The notes: generated by a model not told the origin, from the letters alone. A stretch of DNA of 64,000 nucleotides from a virus (IMGVR_UViG_3300042904_000073:83-64082), one strand, 5' to 3'. Counted from the stretch's first letter, positions 1-10,370 are shown. Made by a program: numbers and translations.

Positions 1-403
1 GGCCAAGGACAAGTCCGGTGAGCTTGGCTTCATGAACAAGCGGTCAGAACTGTGGTGGACCATGCGCGAGCGCCTGGAGCCCGGCTCTGGCTACAACGTG
101 ATGCTGCCGGATGATCCCAAGCTGATCGGCGAGCTTACTACCCCTACCTGGAAGCTGATGGACGGGGCAGGTGAGTTCAAAGGCCGGATTGCCGTTGAGA
201 AGAAAGACGACATTCGGAAGCGGCTCAAGGGCAAGTCCACCGACGCAGCGGACTCGGCCATCATCGTGCTTGGAGACGACACAGTGCCCGCCATCGAAGA
301 GAGCGTGCGCGTGACAGTCTCCGTGGACCCAAGAACCGGAACGAACTTCTATGACGCGCAGTCGCCGAGGCAGTGGCCTGGCTTCCGACCGAGGATTTGG
401 TAA
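1..403 (+). CDS. terL: Terminase large subunit, C-terminal nuclease end (5'-truncated)
   Basis: NKRSELWW..RE.L, EL..P.W, I.VE.KDDIRKRL..STD.ADS is the typical TerL C-terminus; lies upstream of the portal. Confidence 0.85.
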   Translation, partial: AKDKSGELGFMNKRSELWWTMRERLEPGSGYNVMLPDDPKLIGELTTPTWKLMDGAGEFKGRIAVEKKDDIRKRLKGKSTDAADSAIIVLGDDTVPAIEESVRVTVSVDPRTGTNFYDAQSPRQWPGFRPRIW

Positions 404-732
404 TGAAGGAACCGCAAAAGAGCACGCCACCGGAAGGTTGGTTCGTCAGGAACGAGGTAGGCCACAGGGGTGATATTACCTTTACAGTGATGAAGATGGT
501 GCCGCGACAGCACCATCTACCGGCTGAAGAGACTGATCTGAAGCTTACAGTAAAGCGAGAAGCCGGATGGTTCCACAATCTGGTGTATGGCTCGTTCAAC
601 GAGCGAGTTGCCAGTGCCATGAGTAGGGCTCAAAAGAGGGCTTGGTCTCTGAACCAGGACTACAAGGCTTCCATGCAGCTTGCCTACGACATGATGCACC
701 AGACGAAGAAGGCGAACCCGCATGACGACTAG
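403..732 (+). CDS. Hypothetical protein
   Basis: ATG overlaps the terL stop (TAATG); end overlaps the portal start. Confidence 0.6.
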   Translation: MKEPQKSTPPEGWFVRNEVGHRGDITFTVMKMVPRQHHLPAEETDLKLTVKREAGWFHNLVYGSFNERVASAMSRAQKRAWSLNQDYKASMQLAYDMMHQTKKANPHDD

Positions 733-2347
733 CGCACCTTGGGCCAGCGTGCCCGTATTCTATGGCGACCTTCACTCGCGGGAAACAGCGGGCGCGACCG
801 ACGCAGACCTGTACGCCTTCCGGCGTCTCTCTGGTGACGGTGACCGGCCGGATTCTCTCGACCAGGGCACCTTCGAGCGATTCCAGCGGCTCTCTCTCTG
901 GCTCTACTACCAGAACCCGCTCGCTCGCCGACTTAACGACGTGCCGACCGACATGGTTCTCGGCGCGGGCGTCAACATCGACGTGGAGAAGGTACGAGGC
1001 AAGGCCAAGAAGAACGGCGACCGGGTGAAGGAGCTAATCACTCGCTTCCTGGAACACCCGGCAAACGAGTTCGAGATTCGGCTGCCGAGCCTGTTCACGA
1101 TGCTGAACACCACGGTTGGAGAGCTATTCCTGCCCGTGTTTGCCTCCCCGGAGAATGGGGACGTGGCAATCGGGTTCCTGGAGCATCACCTGGTCCAAGA
1201 CGTGATCTGGAACCCGAAGAACCGGATGGAAGCTATCGCGGTGATCCAGCGTCCCCCGGCTCCGGGAGAGAAGCCGCTGTGGTGGAACGTAATCCGTGCC
1301 GAGCAAGGAGTGGACAAGCCCGAGTTTCCAGCGCACCCGTCGATCAAAGACCGGAAGAAGGCAGCAACCGACCGAGAGATTGTTCACACGGACGAGAACG
1401 CCGAGAACACGTCTGTCTCCAGGGCTCCACAGGACTATACCTACGCCGGGGAGATTTTCTACTTCAAGGCCAACGTGCTTGGCACCGGCCGGGGTAGATC
1501 AGCAATCGAGCCGACGCTCGACTGGCTGCACGCCTACGACAACTTCCTCTTCGGCGACCTGCGCAACGCGAACATGCAAGCAGCGTTCGTGTGGGACGTA
1601 ACGATTGAAGATGCGGACGTAGTAACGCTGAAGCAGCGTGCCGATGAAATCAGGCAGAATCCGCCACGACCGGGCGAGGTGAACTTCCACAACCAGAAGG
1701 AGAAGTGGGAGGCATTGTCTCCTAACCTGAATGCCGCAAGTCACACCGACCTCGGTATCCAGGTCAAGAAGATCATCGGCCTGGCGCTTGGGCTGCCGCC
1801 ACACCTGATCGGCGCGGAGAACAACACCAATCGGACAAGTTCTATCTCCAGTGACATTCCGTTCCTGCGCCGGATGGAGCAGAAGCAGAAGGTGTTGCAC
1901 TTCTTCGTCAAGACCATTCTGGACTACCAGCTTGACCAGAAGCGGCACGCAGGCATCCTGAAAGGGGCAGAGCGTCCGTATCCTTACCGGATCGTTCTTC
2001 CGTCCTTGACAGCCGGTGAAATGGTCGCTGTCGCTGAAGCTCTGGCGAACGTCACCACGGCCATCATCGCGGCGATGGAGAGTGGCGTCACTTCTCTGGC
2101 TGACGCCCGGCGCATCTGGTACGCTTACGGGCTCCAGGAAGCGGACATTCCCGAAGGCCTGGAAGATCAGGTCAAGCAGGAGCGGAAAGATGGATTGCTG
2201 CCTGATCCGGTCCAGCTAAAGAAGGACGAAATGGAGCTAAAGGCAAAACAGCCTGCCGCTCCGGGAGCAGCGTCAGCATCCGGTAGAACCGTGGTCCGAG
2301 CCAAAACCGGGCAAGGCGCACCTAGAGCCGCACAGCGCGGAAAGTAG
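722..2347 (+). CDS. Portal protein
   Basis: 541 aa after terL; NPLARR, GELF, GRGRS and GLPPHLIG..NTNR motifs typical of portals. Confidence 0.85.
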   Translation: MTTSAPWASVPVFYGDLHSRETAGATDADLYAFRRLSGDGDRPDSLDQGTFERFQRLSLWLYYQNPLARRLNDVPTDMVLGAGVNIDVEKVRGKAKKNGDRVKELITRFLEHPANEFEIRLPSLFTMLNTTVGELFLPVFASPENGDVAIGFLEHHLVQDVIWNPKNRMEAIAVIQRPPAPGEKPLWWNVIRAEQGVDKPEFPAHPSIKDRKKAATDREIVHTDENAENTSVSRAPQDYTYAGEIFYFKANVLGTGRGRSAIEPTLDWLHAYDNFLFGDLRNANMQAAFVWDVTIEDADVVTLKQRADEIRQNPPRPGEVNFHNQKEKWEALSPNLNAASHTDLGIQVKKIIGLALGLPPHLIGAENNTNRTSSISSDIPFLRRMEQKQKVLHFFVKTILDYQLDQKRHAGILKGAERPYPYRIVLPSLTAGEMVAVAEALANVTTAIIAAMESGVTSLADARRIWYAYGLQEADIPEGLEDQVKQERKDGLLPDPVQLKKDEMELKAKQPAAPGAASASGRTVVRAKTGQGAPRAAQRGK

Positions 2348-2359
2348 TCACGGAAAATA

Positions 2360-2400
2360 AAGGAGCCAGTTTTTCGGGAAACCGCTAAAACTGGCTCCTT
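2360..2400 (+). terminator. Long hairpin between portal and capsid genes
   Basis: AAGGAGCCAGTTTT...AAAACTGGCTCCTT perfect 14-bp stem. Confidence 0.55.
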
Positions 2401-2451
2401 CTTCACTCCGATAAGTCACGTTGTAGGGCAACGACTTTTTGGAGTGTCCCC

Positions 2452-5052
2452 GTGGACCTAGAACGCATTCGAGAATCTATCGCCGCAGAGTTGCTGCCGG
2501 AATTCGACGCTATGTTGGCGTCGGTTCAGGAAGCCTCTTTCGGCGAACTGGATCAGAACGATCTGGACACCAAGCTCCGGTCTGCGCTACGCGAGAAGCT
2601 GAAGGCCGAGAACCCGACTTCCAGCGGTTACAACTACGCCTACGTGCGTGCCGTCTTCCAGACGTTCTTCGTCGCTCGGGAAGAGTGGTACGACGGAACC
2701 GAGTTCAAGTCCGGCTATTACAAGCGGCCTTACTCGGTGAGCGGCACCACCGTAACGGTTGGTGATCGTGGAATTTCCGTCGAGTTGGCCTGGGTAGCCG
2801 CTCTGGAAAGTGCGCTGGAAAGCGTGCTGTCCGACGAGCAGAAGGAGCAGCGGGCCGAGGTAGTGCAGCGTGCCGCAGAAGCGGACGATCTGCTGCGCAC
2901 CGTAGCTCGCGTTGAGCCGACGCAGGAAGCACTAGCGGTTGACGCCCCGCTGATCGACGCCATTGAGAATTCCGGTTCTCTCGCTGACGCGAGTTTCAAT
3001 ACCGGAGTGATCGAAGGAATCATCCCGATCAAGCCGGGTGTGAGCAAGAACCGCAAGCATTACCCGGCCGAAGTGCTGAAGCGCGACGTGCGCGTGTTCG
3101 AGGGACTGCCGGTCTTTTATGACCATCAGGACCCGACGCAGCCGAAGCCGCTAAAGAACGTGATCGGCGTTCTCGAAAATGCACGATGGGACGAGACTGC
3201 TGGTGTCCCGCGAGCCGATCTTCGCTACCCGAATTCGATGGAAGCCGTGGTGGGCGAAATCCGAGAGAAGCACAAGCTACTCGGCGGCGACCGGGTAGGC
3301 TTCTCCATCGACATGAAAGTCAAAGCCAAGGTCGGGCGGCACCAGGGAATGGTTGTCCACTCGGTCGAGGCAATGATCGGTGGCCCCGGAGCGTCTACGG
3401 ACGTTGTTTTCAACCCCGCCGCTGGCGGCACTTTCGACAAAGCTCTGGAAGCAGAGCAGGAAACCAAGGAGACGGGCATGACCCCCGAAGAACTGGCTGC
3501 ACTACAGAAGGCGACCGAAGCCGACATTCGGGCGGCACGGCCCGACCTGTTCCCCGCCGTTCAGGCGGCGACGACCACTCCTCCGGCTACCCAGGCGGCT
3601 CCGGCCGTTGAGACGGTGAGCATGGAGACCATCGACCAGCGCATCGAGGCTCGCGTGGCTCGGATGGTCAACGAGCAGACCTTCCGCACCCGCGTGACCG
3701 AGAGCGGCCTGCCGCAGCGCGTCCAGGAAGCGATGCTCCGCGATGCCGAGACCAAGGACTTCAATCCGCAGTTCACCGAGAGCATCTACTCCGACTGGAG
3801 CAACATCGCTGCGGCTGGTGCCGGTGGCGTGCAGGTGAACGTTCCGGGTGCCAACGGCAGCATGGGTCGCCTCTCGGTGACCGAGAACGCCGACATTCGC
3901 TATGCCCGGCTGCTCGGCGCGGGTCTCCAGCAGGATCAGGAAGTCAACGGTCGCCGCGTGAAGCGGTTCACCAGCTTCCGCGAGGCGGTTCTGGCCTTCC
4001 GGCCCGACCTGGCTCCGATGATCTGGAGCAACCCGAACCAGTTCGCCCTCGAATCCCTGGACCTGCTCCATTGGGGCGGCGGCGAGTTGGGCCACAAGAT
4101 GGACCACACGGCGACCGAGGCCATCATGTCCACCACGTTCAACCTGGCGTGGGCCGACGTGATGAACAAGGTGCTGGCGCGGGAAATGGCCGACCCGAAC
4201 CTGTCCACCTGGCGCGACCTGGTGTCGGACTTCGTGTCCTTCTCCGACCTGACCAACACGAAGAAGATCATCCGCGTGGGCGACTACCCGGATATTGACG
4301 ACGTGTCCGAGGGTGCGCCCTACCAGTTCATCGACACTCCCGGCGAGGAGAAGGTCGAGTTCGGGATCGGCAAGAAGGGTAACCTGGAGAAGTTCACCTG
4401 GGAAGCCGCTCTGGCCGACGACCTGTCGGTGCTGGCCCGCATCCCTCGGAAGCTCGCTCTGGCGTGGGCCTGGACGGTCTACCGCTTCGTCTACAGCCTG
4501 CTCACCGCGAACAGCGGCGACGGTGCGACGATGGACTACGACTCCAAGGAGTTGTTCCACGCCGACCACAACAACGCCAGCGACACGGCGTTCAGCGTAA
4601 GCGCCCTCCTGACGGTCTGCGGCTACATGACCGAGCAGAAGGACATTACGCAGGACAACCCCAAGCTCTACGAGCCGAAGTACCTCTGCTACTCGAACAA
4701 CGTGGCGATGAAGGCCGCAATCTTCGAGGCGCTTCGCTCCGAGTTCAAGGTGGACGGCACGGCCGCGCAGATCAACCTGCCGAACGTGCTGCGCGAGATT
4801 TTCAACCTGGAGCCGCGTCCGGTCTACTACCCGAACGGAAGCGCCACCCGGTGGGAAGTCGTGGCCGATCCGCGAGCAGCGCAGACCCTTGCGGTCGGCT
4901 TCCTCCACGGCAACGAGAACCCGGAAATCTTCGTGCAGGACATGGAGCGGGTCGGCAGCGTGTTCAACAGCGACCAGATCACCTACAAGATCCGTGGCAC
5001 CATCGGCGCGGACGTGATCGACCACCGCTCCTTCGCTCGCGGCCGGAAGTAA
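2452..5052 (+). CDS. Fused prohead protease-scaffold-major capsid protein (Mu gpT-like C-terminus)
   Basis: Protease motifs GVSKNRKHYP, FYDH, GFSID, DVVFNPAAGG; Ala/Thr/Pro linker; capsid motifs V.EGA.Y, EA.LADDL, LFHADH.N, FL.G.E.P, D.RSF. Confidence 0.85.
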   Translation: MDLERIRESIAAELLPEFDAMLASVQEASFGELDQNDLDTKLRSALREKLKAENPTSSGYNYAYVRAVFQTFFVAREEWYDGTEFKSGYYKRPYSVSGTTVTVGDRGISVELAWVAALESALESVLSDEQKEQRAEVVQRAAEADDLLRTVARVEPTQEALAVDAPLIDAIENSGSLADASFNTGVIEGIIPIKPGVSKNRKHYPAEVLKRDVRVFEGLPVFYDHQDPTQPKPLKNVIGVLENARWDETAGVPRADLRYPNSMEAVVGEIREKHKLLGGDRVGFSIDMKVKAKVGRHQGMVVHSVEAMIGGPGASTDVVFNPAAGGTFDKALEAEQETKETGMTPEELAALQKATEADIRAARPDLFPAVQAATTTPPATQAAPAVETVSMETIDQRIEARVARMVNEQTFRTRVTESGLPQRVQEAMLRDAETKDFNPQFTESIYSDWSNIAAAGAGGVQVNVPGANGSMGRLSVTENADIRYARLLGAGLQQDQEVNGRRVKRFTSFREAVLAFRPDLAPMIWSNPNQFALESLDLLHWGGGELGHKMDHTATEAIMSTTFNLAWADVMNKVLAREMADPNLSTWRDLVSDFVSFSDLTNTKKIIRVGDYPDIDDVSEGAPYQFIDTPGEEKVEFGIGKKGNLEKFTWEAALADDLSVLARIPRKLALAWAWTVYRFVYSLLTANSGDGATMDYDSKELFHADHNNASDTAFSVSALLTVCGYMTEQKDITQDNPKLYEPKYLCYSNNVAMKAAIFEALRSEFKVDGTAAQINLPNVLREIFNLEPRPVYYPNGSATRWEVVADPRAAQTLAVGFLHGNENPEIFVQDMERVGSVFNSDQITYKIRGTIGADVIDHRSFARGRK

Positions 5053-5070
5053 GCCCGGCACCGGAAACCA

Positions 5071-5098
5071 GGGGCTCCTTCGGGAGCCCCGCCTTTCC
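5071..5098 (+). terminator. Hairpin or terminator after the capsid gene
   Basis: GGGGCTCC-TTCG-GGAGCCCC followed by CTTT. Confidence 0.6.
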
Positions 5099-5138
5099 CA
5101 AGTCAGCAATCAACTAAAGGCCAGATCAGGAGAACGAC

Positions 5139-5552
5139 ATGCTCGGACAGCTTCCCGGTATCTTCTACACCACGCATACCCTTCCCGCGTCCGCGAGCGG
5201 CGAGAATACGGCTTACAAGGTCGTGGCCCCGAATCCGTTCCAGAGCGAGTATGCGAAGGTCGCCAGCATCGAACACGTCCCCATCGAGACCGTGACCGGG
5301 GACAACACGAACACGACCAACTTCAACGCCGACCTCGTGAACGGCACCGAAATCGCCAACAAGGACTACCCGACCGGCGAGAGTGCGGCTCGCGGCGTGG
5401 CCGAGGCGTTCACCTTCACGGGCACGGCCGCGCAGCGCCGGATCGCGCCGGGTGGTGCCATCCTGATCGAGACCGAAGAGGTGGGCACGCAGCCCGCACG
5501 CGCCCACGGGCACGTCATTCGGATCGGCTGGAAGGCAGACGGCCTGGCGTAA
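5139..5552 (+). CDS. Putative capsid decoration or cement protein
   Basis: Small beta-rich protein right after the capsid gene; AGGAG SD; strongly biased codons. Confidence 0.55.
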   Translation: MLGQLPGIFYTTHTLPASASGENTAYKVVAPNPFQSEYAKVASIEHVPIETVTGDNTNTTNFNADLVNGTEIANKDYPTGESAARGVAEAFTFTGTAAQRRIAPGGAILIETEEVGTQPARAHGHVIRIGWKADGLA

Positions 5553-5581
5553 GCCGGATCGACAACTGAAGACGCAGGGAG

Positions 5582-5610
5582 CCCCGCAGCCTAAAGCTGC
5601 GGGGTTTCTT
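5582..5610 (+). terminator. Rho-independent terminator
   Basis: CCCCGCAGC-CTAAA-GCTGCGGGG-TTTCTT. Confidence 0.7.
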
Positions 5611-5641
5611 GTTACGAGAATGGATACAGGAGGCCAGTGAA

Positions 5642-5974
5642 ATGATTGACGATCCGAAGTCTCGAAGACTGGTGAATGAGCGTGTGCGTCCTCTTTGCGA
5701 TGCCGCGCAGCAGACGTTCCGTGGGGCGATGCACCTGATCGCCGAAATGGACAGCCTGGCCGCTACCGGCGTGCCGCTGGAGAGCTACATTCCGAACACG
5801 GATGAAGTGATCTTGGACGGCTCCGAGGAAGACGGTCGTGTCCCTCTTACCGGCGCAGACGTACATCGAGTGATCGGTTTCTTCCGTGAACTGATCGTGG
5901 ACTTGAATTCCAGCCAGCAGCTTCCGCTGGCAACGATCAACAAGGCAGCGGTAAACGGTCAGCCGCGCTTCTAA
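5642..5974 (+). CDS. Hypothetical virion-associated protein
   Basis: GGAGG SD before ATG 5642, in frame with ORF 5609..5974. Confidence 0.6.
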   Translation: MIDDPKSRRLVNERVRPLCDAAQQTFRGAMHLIAEMDSLAATGVPLESYIPNTDEVILDGSEEDGRVPLTGADVHRVIGFFRELIVDLNSSQQLPLATINKAAVNGQPRF

Positions 5975-5987
5975 TCCAGGTTGAACT

Positions 5988-7355
5988 GTGGCAGAACCGA
6001 AGATCAAGTTCAATTCCAGCGGAAGCGATACGCAGGCATCCGGGGCAGGACCAGGCGACGGCACTACTTCAGGCACGGCGCTCTTTGGTACTGCTACCGC
6101 TCACACGTCTGGTGCTGCGTCTACCACTATTCAGCTTCCGGCTGGCACTGACCTATCCAATGTTCCCACTGATGGTAGCGCAGCCGTATACCTCGCTACT
6201 GCTTCAGGTCGTCGTTTCTCGAAGATCACCGCGAAAGACGATACTAATGACACGATTACTGTAGCTGACAGTTTTACAATTGCCGCGCCTGGTGTTGATT
6301 GGGCTATTGGTGGAAAACGAGCCACTCTTGACCACGCTGGCTCTAGGCAGCTAGGAGCAGACATAAAGTCGGGCTGGTGGATTTGCATTGAAACAGCACA
6401 ATCCATTAACACTACTACTTTCACTATCTCTTCAAGCGGTTCCACTTCTTCTCCTGGGTGGATCATAGTGACTGGAAATAGCCGATCTGACCGTGCATTG
6501 ATTACTGGCACGTTCAACGGCAGGTCTATTTCCTGCACTGGCGTTCGCATTGTAGTTCGCTGGCTTTGCTTCGACAACACTCACGCTACCAAGACCGCCT
6601 CTGCTGGTCTTTATCAGTCTAACACGACGAGTGAGTTCAAAGTCTTTGAATGTAAGTTCGGCGATGCTACTAACAAACTCTGGAGAGGAATTGACTGCGC
6701 TGCTACCCCTTCGTACGAAATCAGGGGGTGTGAGTTCTGCTACCTAACCGGCGTTGCGCTCCGCGGTCAGTTTGCCGGTTCTGGAATCACCTGGTCAGAC
6801 TGCGACTTCCATCACAACACGTTCACCAACGTGACCGATACTGACGGTGGAGGCGCATCTTATACGAGGTGCCGGTTCTGGGCAAACTCTGGCGTGCCGA
6901 TCCTGGTGAACAGTAGTGGTGCTGCAAGTATCACTTACTGCATCTTTGATGGAAACGGGAGCCACGCTGTTAGCTGGAATGGCGGATCAAGCACACTTCT
7001 GGGTAGGCACATTTACGGCAACCAGTTTACCAATAACAGTGGATATGGCTTCAGGCTTTCCGCTCTGCCTACGAATTGGGATGCTGGACTAACTGAAATA
7101 CTGGACTACAACAACTACTACAACAACACTTCCGGCGCTCGACTAAATCTGCCAGCGGGCGCTCACGACAAGGCTGTAGACCCGGATTACGTTGACAGGG
7201 CTAATGGTGATTTCCGTTACCAGAACTCTGCTCTCGACAACTCCGGTTTCTCGGCCAATCTCGCATACGGACCCATCATTGGGATGCTGCCCTACGGTGG
7301 CTCTGGCGGCAGCGGTGGCGGCAGCGACGTATTTTCCAGTCCGGTAATCAGGTAA
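5988..7355 (+). CDS. Right-handed beta-helix (pectate-lyase-like) protein, possible depolymerase or head spike
   Basis: Repeating C.F..N beta-helix rungs; DPDYVD..NGDFR terminus. Confidence 0.7.
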   Translation: MAEPKIKFNSSGSDTQASGAGPGDGTTSGTALFGTATAHTSGAASTTIQLPAGTDLSNVPTDGSAAVYLATASGRRFSKITAKDDTNDTITVADSFTIAAPGVDWAIGGKRATLDHAGSRQLGADIKSGWWICIETAQSINTTTFTISSSGSTSSPGWIIVTGNSRSDRALITGTFNGRSISCTGVRIVVRWLCFDNTHATKTASAGLYQSNTTSEFKVFECKFGDATNKLWRGIDCAATPSYEIRGCEFCYLTGVALRGQFAGSGITWSDCDFHHNTFTNVTDTDGGGASYTRCRFWANSGVPILVNSSGAASITYCIFDGNGSHAVSWNGGSSTLLGRHIYGNQFTNNSGYGFRLSALPTNWDAGLTEILDYNNYYNNTSGARLNLPAGAHDKAVDPDYVDRANGDFRYQNSALDNSGFSANLAYGPIIGMLPYGGSGGSGGGSDVFSSPVIR

Positions 7356-7366
7356 GGGAGAATTGA

Positions 7367-9409
7367 ATGTACATCGGAAGCTGGAAAATAGGCGATGCGG
7401 TTACGTTCTACGCTAACACCCACACGACTGCCGGGGTTGCTACTGACGCCGACAGTCTGCCCACGTACCGCGTCTACGAAGACGAGAGTGGCACGCCTTT
7501 GCTCACGGGCAGCATGGCGCTTCTCGACTCGGCTAACACGAACGGAAACTACTCGGAGCAGATCACGCTCGCTTCCGGCAGCGGCTTCGAGAAGGGGAAA
7601 AGCTACACCATTCGGATCGAAGCGACTGTGGGCGGAATCGGGCCTGGAGTGGTGTACCGTTATTTCCAGGTCGAAGCCGAGGTGGACTCCAACACCGTCT
7701 CTCCGAACGTCACCGTGGGCGGATACGCAGCCGGGCAAGACCCCGCTACCCTGATCGACTCTGGAAGCACCAAGTTGACCACGGTTGTGAACCAAACCGA
7801 CACACTGGAAAGCTCGGTAGCGTCTATCGCGTCTGCGCTCCTGGGCCTACAGAGCGACGTTGACGCTATCGAGGCAGTGCTGGCCGCAATCAAGGGTGCG
7901 GGTTGGACGGATCAAACCCTGGTCGCGCTGAAGACAGCCATCGACTTGAAGCTGAATGCTTCCGATTACGTGGCTCCGAACAACGCGGGTATCACCACGA
8001 TAATCAACGCGACCGACACCCTAGAATCTGGCGTGGCAGCCATCGCTTCGGCTTTGCTTGATATGCAGGCTGACGTTGACGCGGTAATCGCAGCCATCGA
8101 CGCCATCAAGGGGGCAGGCTGGACGAACCAGACGCTCGTTGCCCTGAAGGCAGCCCTGGACCTGAAGCTCAACGCCTCGGATTACGTGGAGCCCGACAAT
8201 GACGGCATCGCGGATGCCGTAGCGCAGACGGATACCGTCGAGAGCGTTCTTACTACATTGGCAGCGGCGGTAAACTCCGTTCAGTCGGACACTGACGCCA
8301 TCCAGGTAGTGCTGGCTGCCATCATGGGCGGCGGCTGGAGCAACCAGACCCTAGTTGCCGTTTACGCGCTGCTTCAAACGGTAGCCAGCCAGACTGACAC
8401 CCTGGAAGCCGGTCTCGCCTCGGTTCAGGAAGACGTAGCCCTGATCCTGGACACGTTGGCGACCATCCAGGGGGTAGGCTGGTCCGGTCAAACCCTGGTC
8501 GCTATCCAGGCCGCGCTCGCGCTGAAGCTGAACACGTCGGCCTACGTGGCACCGGATAACGCTGGAATCGCAACCATCGAAAGCGCCGTAGCAGCCATCG
8601 CGTCCTCTCTGCTGGACGTGCAAGAAACTGGAGAGGCCACGGAAGCCGCTGTGGCGGCCGTCAGTGCTGTTCTGGAGGCGATTAAGGGTCCTGGGTGGTC
8701 CACGCAGACTCTCGTGGCTCTGAAGGCCGCTGTGGACCTGAAGCTGAACACCGAGGACTATACCGAGGCCCCCACGGTCGATCAGATCATGGACGCCATC
8801 GCGGCCCGGTTCGGGGAAGGCTCTTACGTCTTCGAGCCGTTGGGCGACAACGCCGTCACCATCCGAGTCCGCGACGACCTGACCAACCCGGTTTTCGGGG
8901 TCAAGGTCACCCTTCGGGCAGGCGGGTCCATCAAGGGTCAGAAGATTACGGGCGTAGACGGAACGGTGGTGTTCAATCTGTCGGCCGGTGACTTCACTGT
9001 GGACGCCAGTGTCGTCGGCTACAACGGGGTCGTCGGCCAGGAGTTCACGGTATCAGGCGACCAGACGGAAGACGTGACGCTTACCACGTTGACGATCAGC
9101 GAGCCGGTAATGCCCGGCGCGTGCGTGGTCTACGGCTACGTGTTTGACGGCGCTGGAAACCCCATCGAAGACGCCGAGGTGCGGGTCAAGCTGATCGACC
9201 AGCCCGACGTAAACGACGAGGTGCTGCTCTCACTAAAGGAGCAGACAGTCACGACAAATAGTGATGGACTGTTCGAGGTGAACGTCATTCGCAAGGACCA
9301 GTTCCGCAAGGGCTTTGGTCGCTACGAATACAACATCCCGGCCATCCCCATCGTCAAGCGGGCAAGCACGCCTAACGCTGACAGCTACCTCTTCAACAAC
9401 CTGGTGTAA
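7367..9409 (+). CDS. Repeat-containing fibre-like protein with C-terminal Ig/carboxypeptidase-regulatory-like domains
   Basis: Five copies of AIKG.GW..QTLVA.K.A.DLKLN; G.V.D..GNPI.DA.V...T..DG.F motifs. Confidence 0.65.
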   Translation: MYIGSWKIGDAVTFYANTHTTAGVATDADSLPTYRVYEDESGTPLLTGSMALLDSANTNGNYSEQITLASGSGFEKGKSYTIRIEATVGGIGPGVVYRYFQVEAEVDSNTVSPNVTVGGYAAGQDPATLIDSGSTKLTTVVNQTDTLESSVASIASALLGLQSDVDAIEAVLAAIKGAGWTDQTLVALKTAIDLKLNASDYVAPNNAGITTIINATDTLESGVAAIASALLDMQADVDAVIAAIDAIKGAGWTNQTLVALKAALDLKLNASDYVEPDNDGIADAVAQTDTVESVLTTLAAAVNSVQSDTDAIQVVLAAIMGGGWSNQTLVAVYALLQTVASQTDTLEAGLASVQEDVALILDTLATIQGVGWSGQTLVAIQAALALKLNTSAYVAPDNAGIATIESAVAAIASSLLDVQETGEATEAAVAAVSAVLEAIKGPGWSTQTLVALKAAVDLKLNTEDYTEAPTVDQIMDAIAARFGEGSYVFEPLGDNAVTIRVRDDLTNPVFGVKVTLRAGGSIKGQKITGVDGTVVFNLSAGDFTVDASVVGYNGVVGQEFTVSGDQTEDVTLTTLTISEPVMPGACVVYGYVFDGAGNPIEDAEVRVKLIDQPDVNDEVLLSLKEQTVTTNSDGLFEVNVIRKDQFRKGFGRYEYNIPAIPIVKRASTPNADSYLFNNLV

Positions 9410-9413
9410 AGCT

Positions 9414-10370
9414 ATGGCCGATCCGCGCATTCTAACCTTCCAAGTGCCCAAGAGAACGGGCGTGACCAACTTCCAGATCGGCTTCAGTGACGACGGGGAG
9501 AATTGGGATACCGTCAAGGTCGAAGGAGTAACCGACCTTGACGTAGACCTGCTCGCCAGCGACTACACCTACGAACTGGACGGAGTGAACATCGAAGACG
9601 ATGCTGACAACAACAGTCAATCGGCTTCGATTGCTCCGCAGTGGTATCGCGTCCGCGTCAAGATCGGCGGTAAATGGAAGCAGTGGGGCGAGCCCTTCGT
9701 TCACCCTTCACCGGAAGACTTCGTGTCGGCGATGAAGCGCCAGCTAAAGGACCCTTCCCTGGAAGGCGGCACGGCTCTGCTAATCGACGCTGACTACCGG
9801 CTGCACGTCGCCAACGCAGTAGAGGCGTTCGAGAAGTACCACCCGGCAATCGCCGAGGAAGTGTTCGACATGGAAGCCTCGGTGACGGGCTATTCGCTGC
9901 CTTGGGAGTGGACCCAGAGCTTCAGCCATATCACCCAGGTCGAATATCCCGTAGGGTCTAGCCCTCGCCGGTTCCTTCCCGCTGACTACGTGATCTACGA
10001 TCAGTCGGTAGGGCAGTGGCGCTGGCGCAGGATCGACCCTAGCCAGGGTGAGCAGGCACGCCTCTACTTCACAACCCGGCATAACCGCGACGGCAGCACT
10101 GTTCCGATGGCGAACTTCAACTCGGTTCTGATGTGGGCAACCGGGGACGCCGCGTCACAGCTACGCGCCAGCCGCAACCAGTTCGGGGACGTGTTCACCG
10201 GAGCCGATTTCGCGCAGATCGACCCACGCATCCGGGAATGGGGCAAGATCGCCACCGACTTCAAGAAGCAGGCGGAAGCCATGTGGGGAGCAGGGGTGAC
10301 CGGCGTACGCTCTAACATCGCTCACTATGAAGACCACGGCCGGATTCCTGGCCGTGTCCTGGGGCCGTAA
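9414..10370 (+). CDS. Head-tail adaptor (neck) protein
   Basis: Position; Y.LP..W....VEYPVG pattern; ATG 9414 follows the upstream stop. Confidence 0.6.
   Translation: MADPRILTFQVPKRTGVTNFQIGFSDDGENWDTVKVEGVTDLDVDLLASDYTYELDGVNIEDDADNNSQSASIAPQWYRVRVKIGGKWKQWGEPFVHPSPEDFVSAMKRQLKDPSLEGGTALLIDADYRLHVANAVEAFEKYHPAIAEEVFDMEASVTGYSLPWEWTQSFSHITQVEYPVGSSPRRFLPADYVIYDQSVGQWRWRRIDPSQGEQARLYFTTRHNRDGSTVPMANFNSVLMWATGDAASQLRASRNQFGDVFTGADFAQIDPRIREWGKIATDFKKQAEAMWGAGVTGVRSNIAHYEDHGRIPGRVLGP

Noticed and set aside
2405-2415. ACTCCGAYAAG at 2405 and 10896 as a late promoter for the phage sigma factor
   Set aside because: Only two copies seen; insufficient support
3502-5109. Long antisense ORF (535 aa) opposite the capsid gene, and similar shadow ORFs opposite the tail tube, nrdJ, dnaE and Gp157 genes
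   Set aside because: Expected from GC-rich codon bias; no motifs or SD
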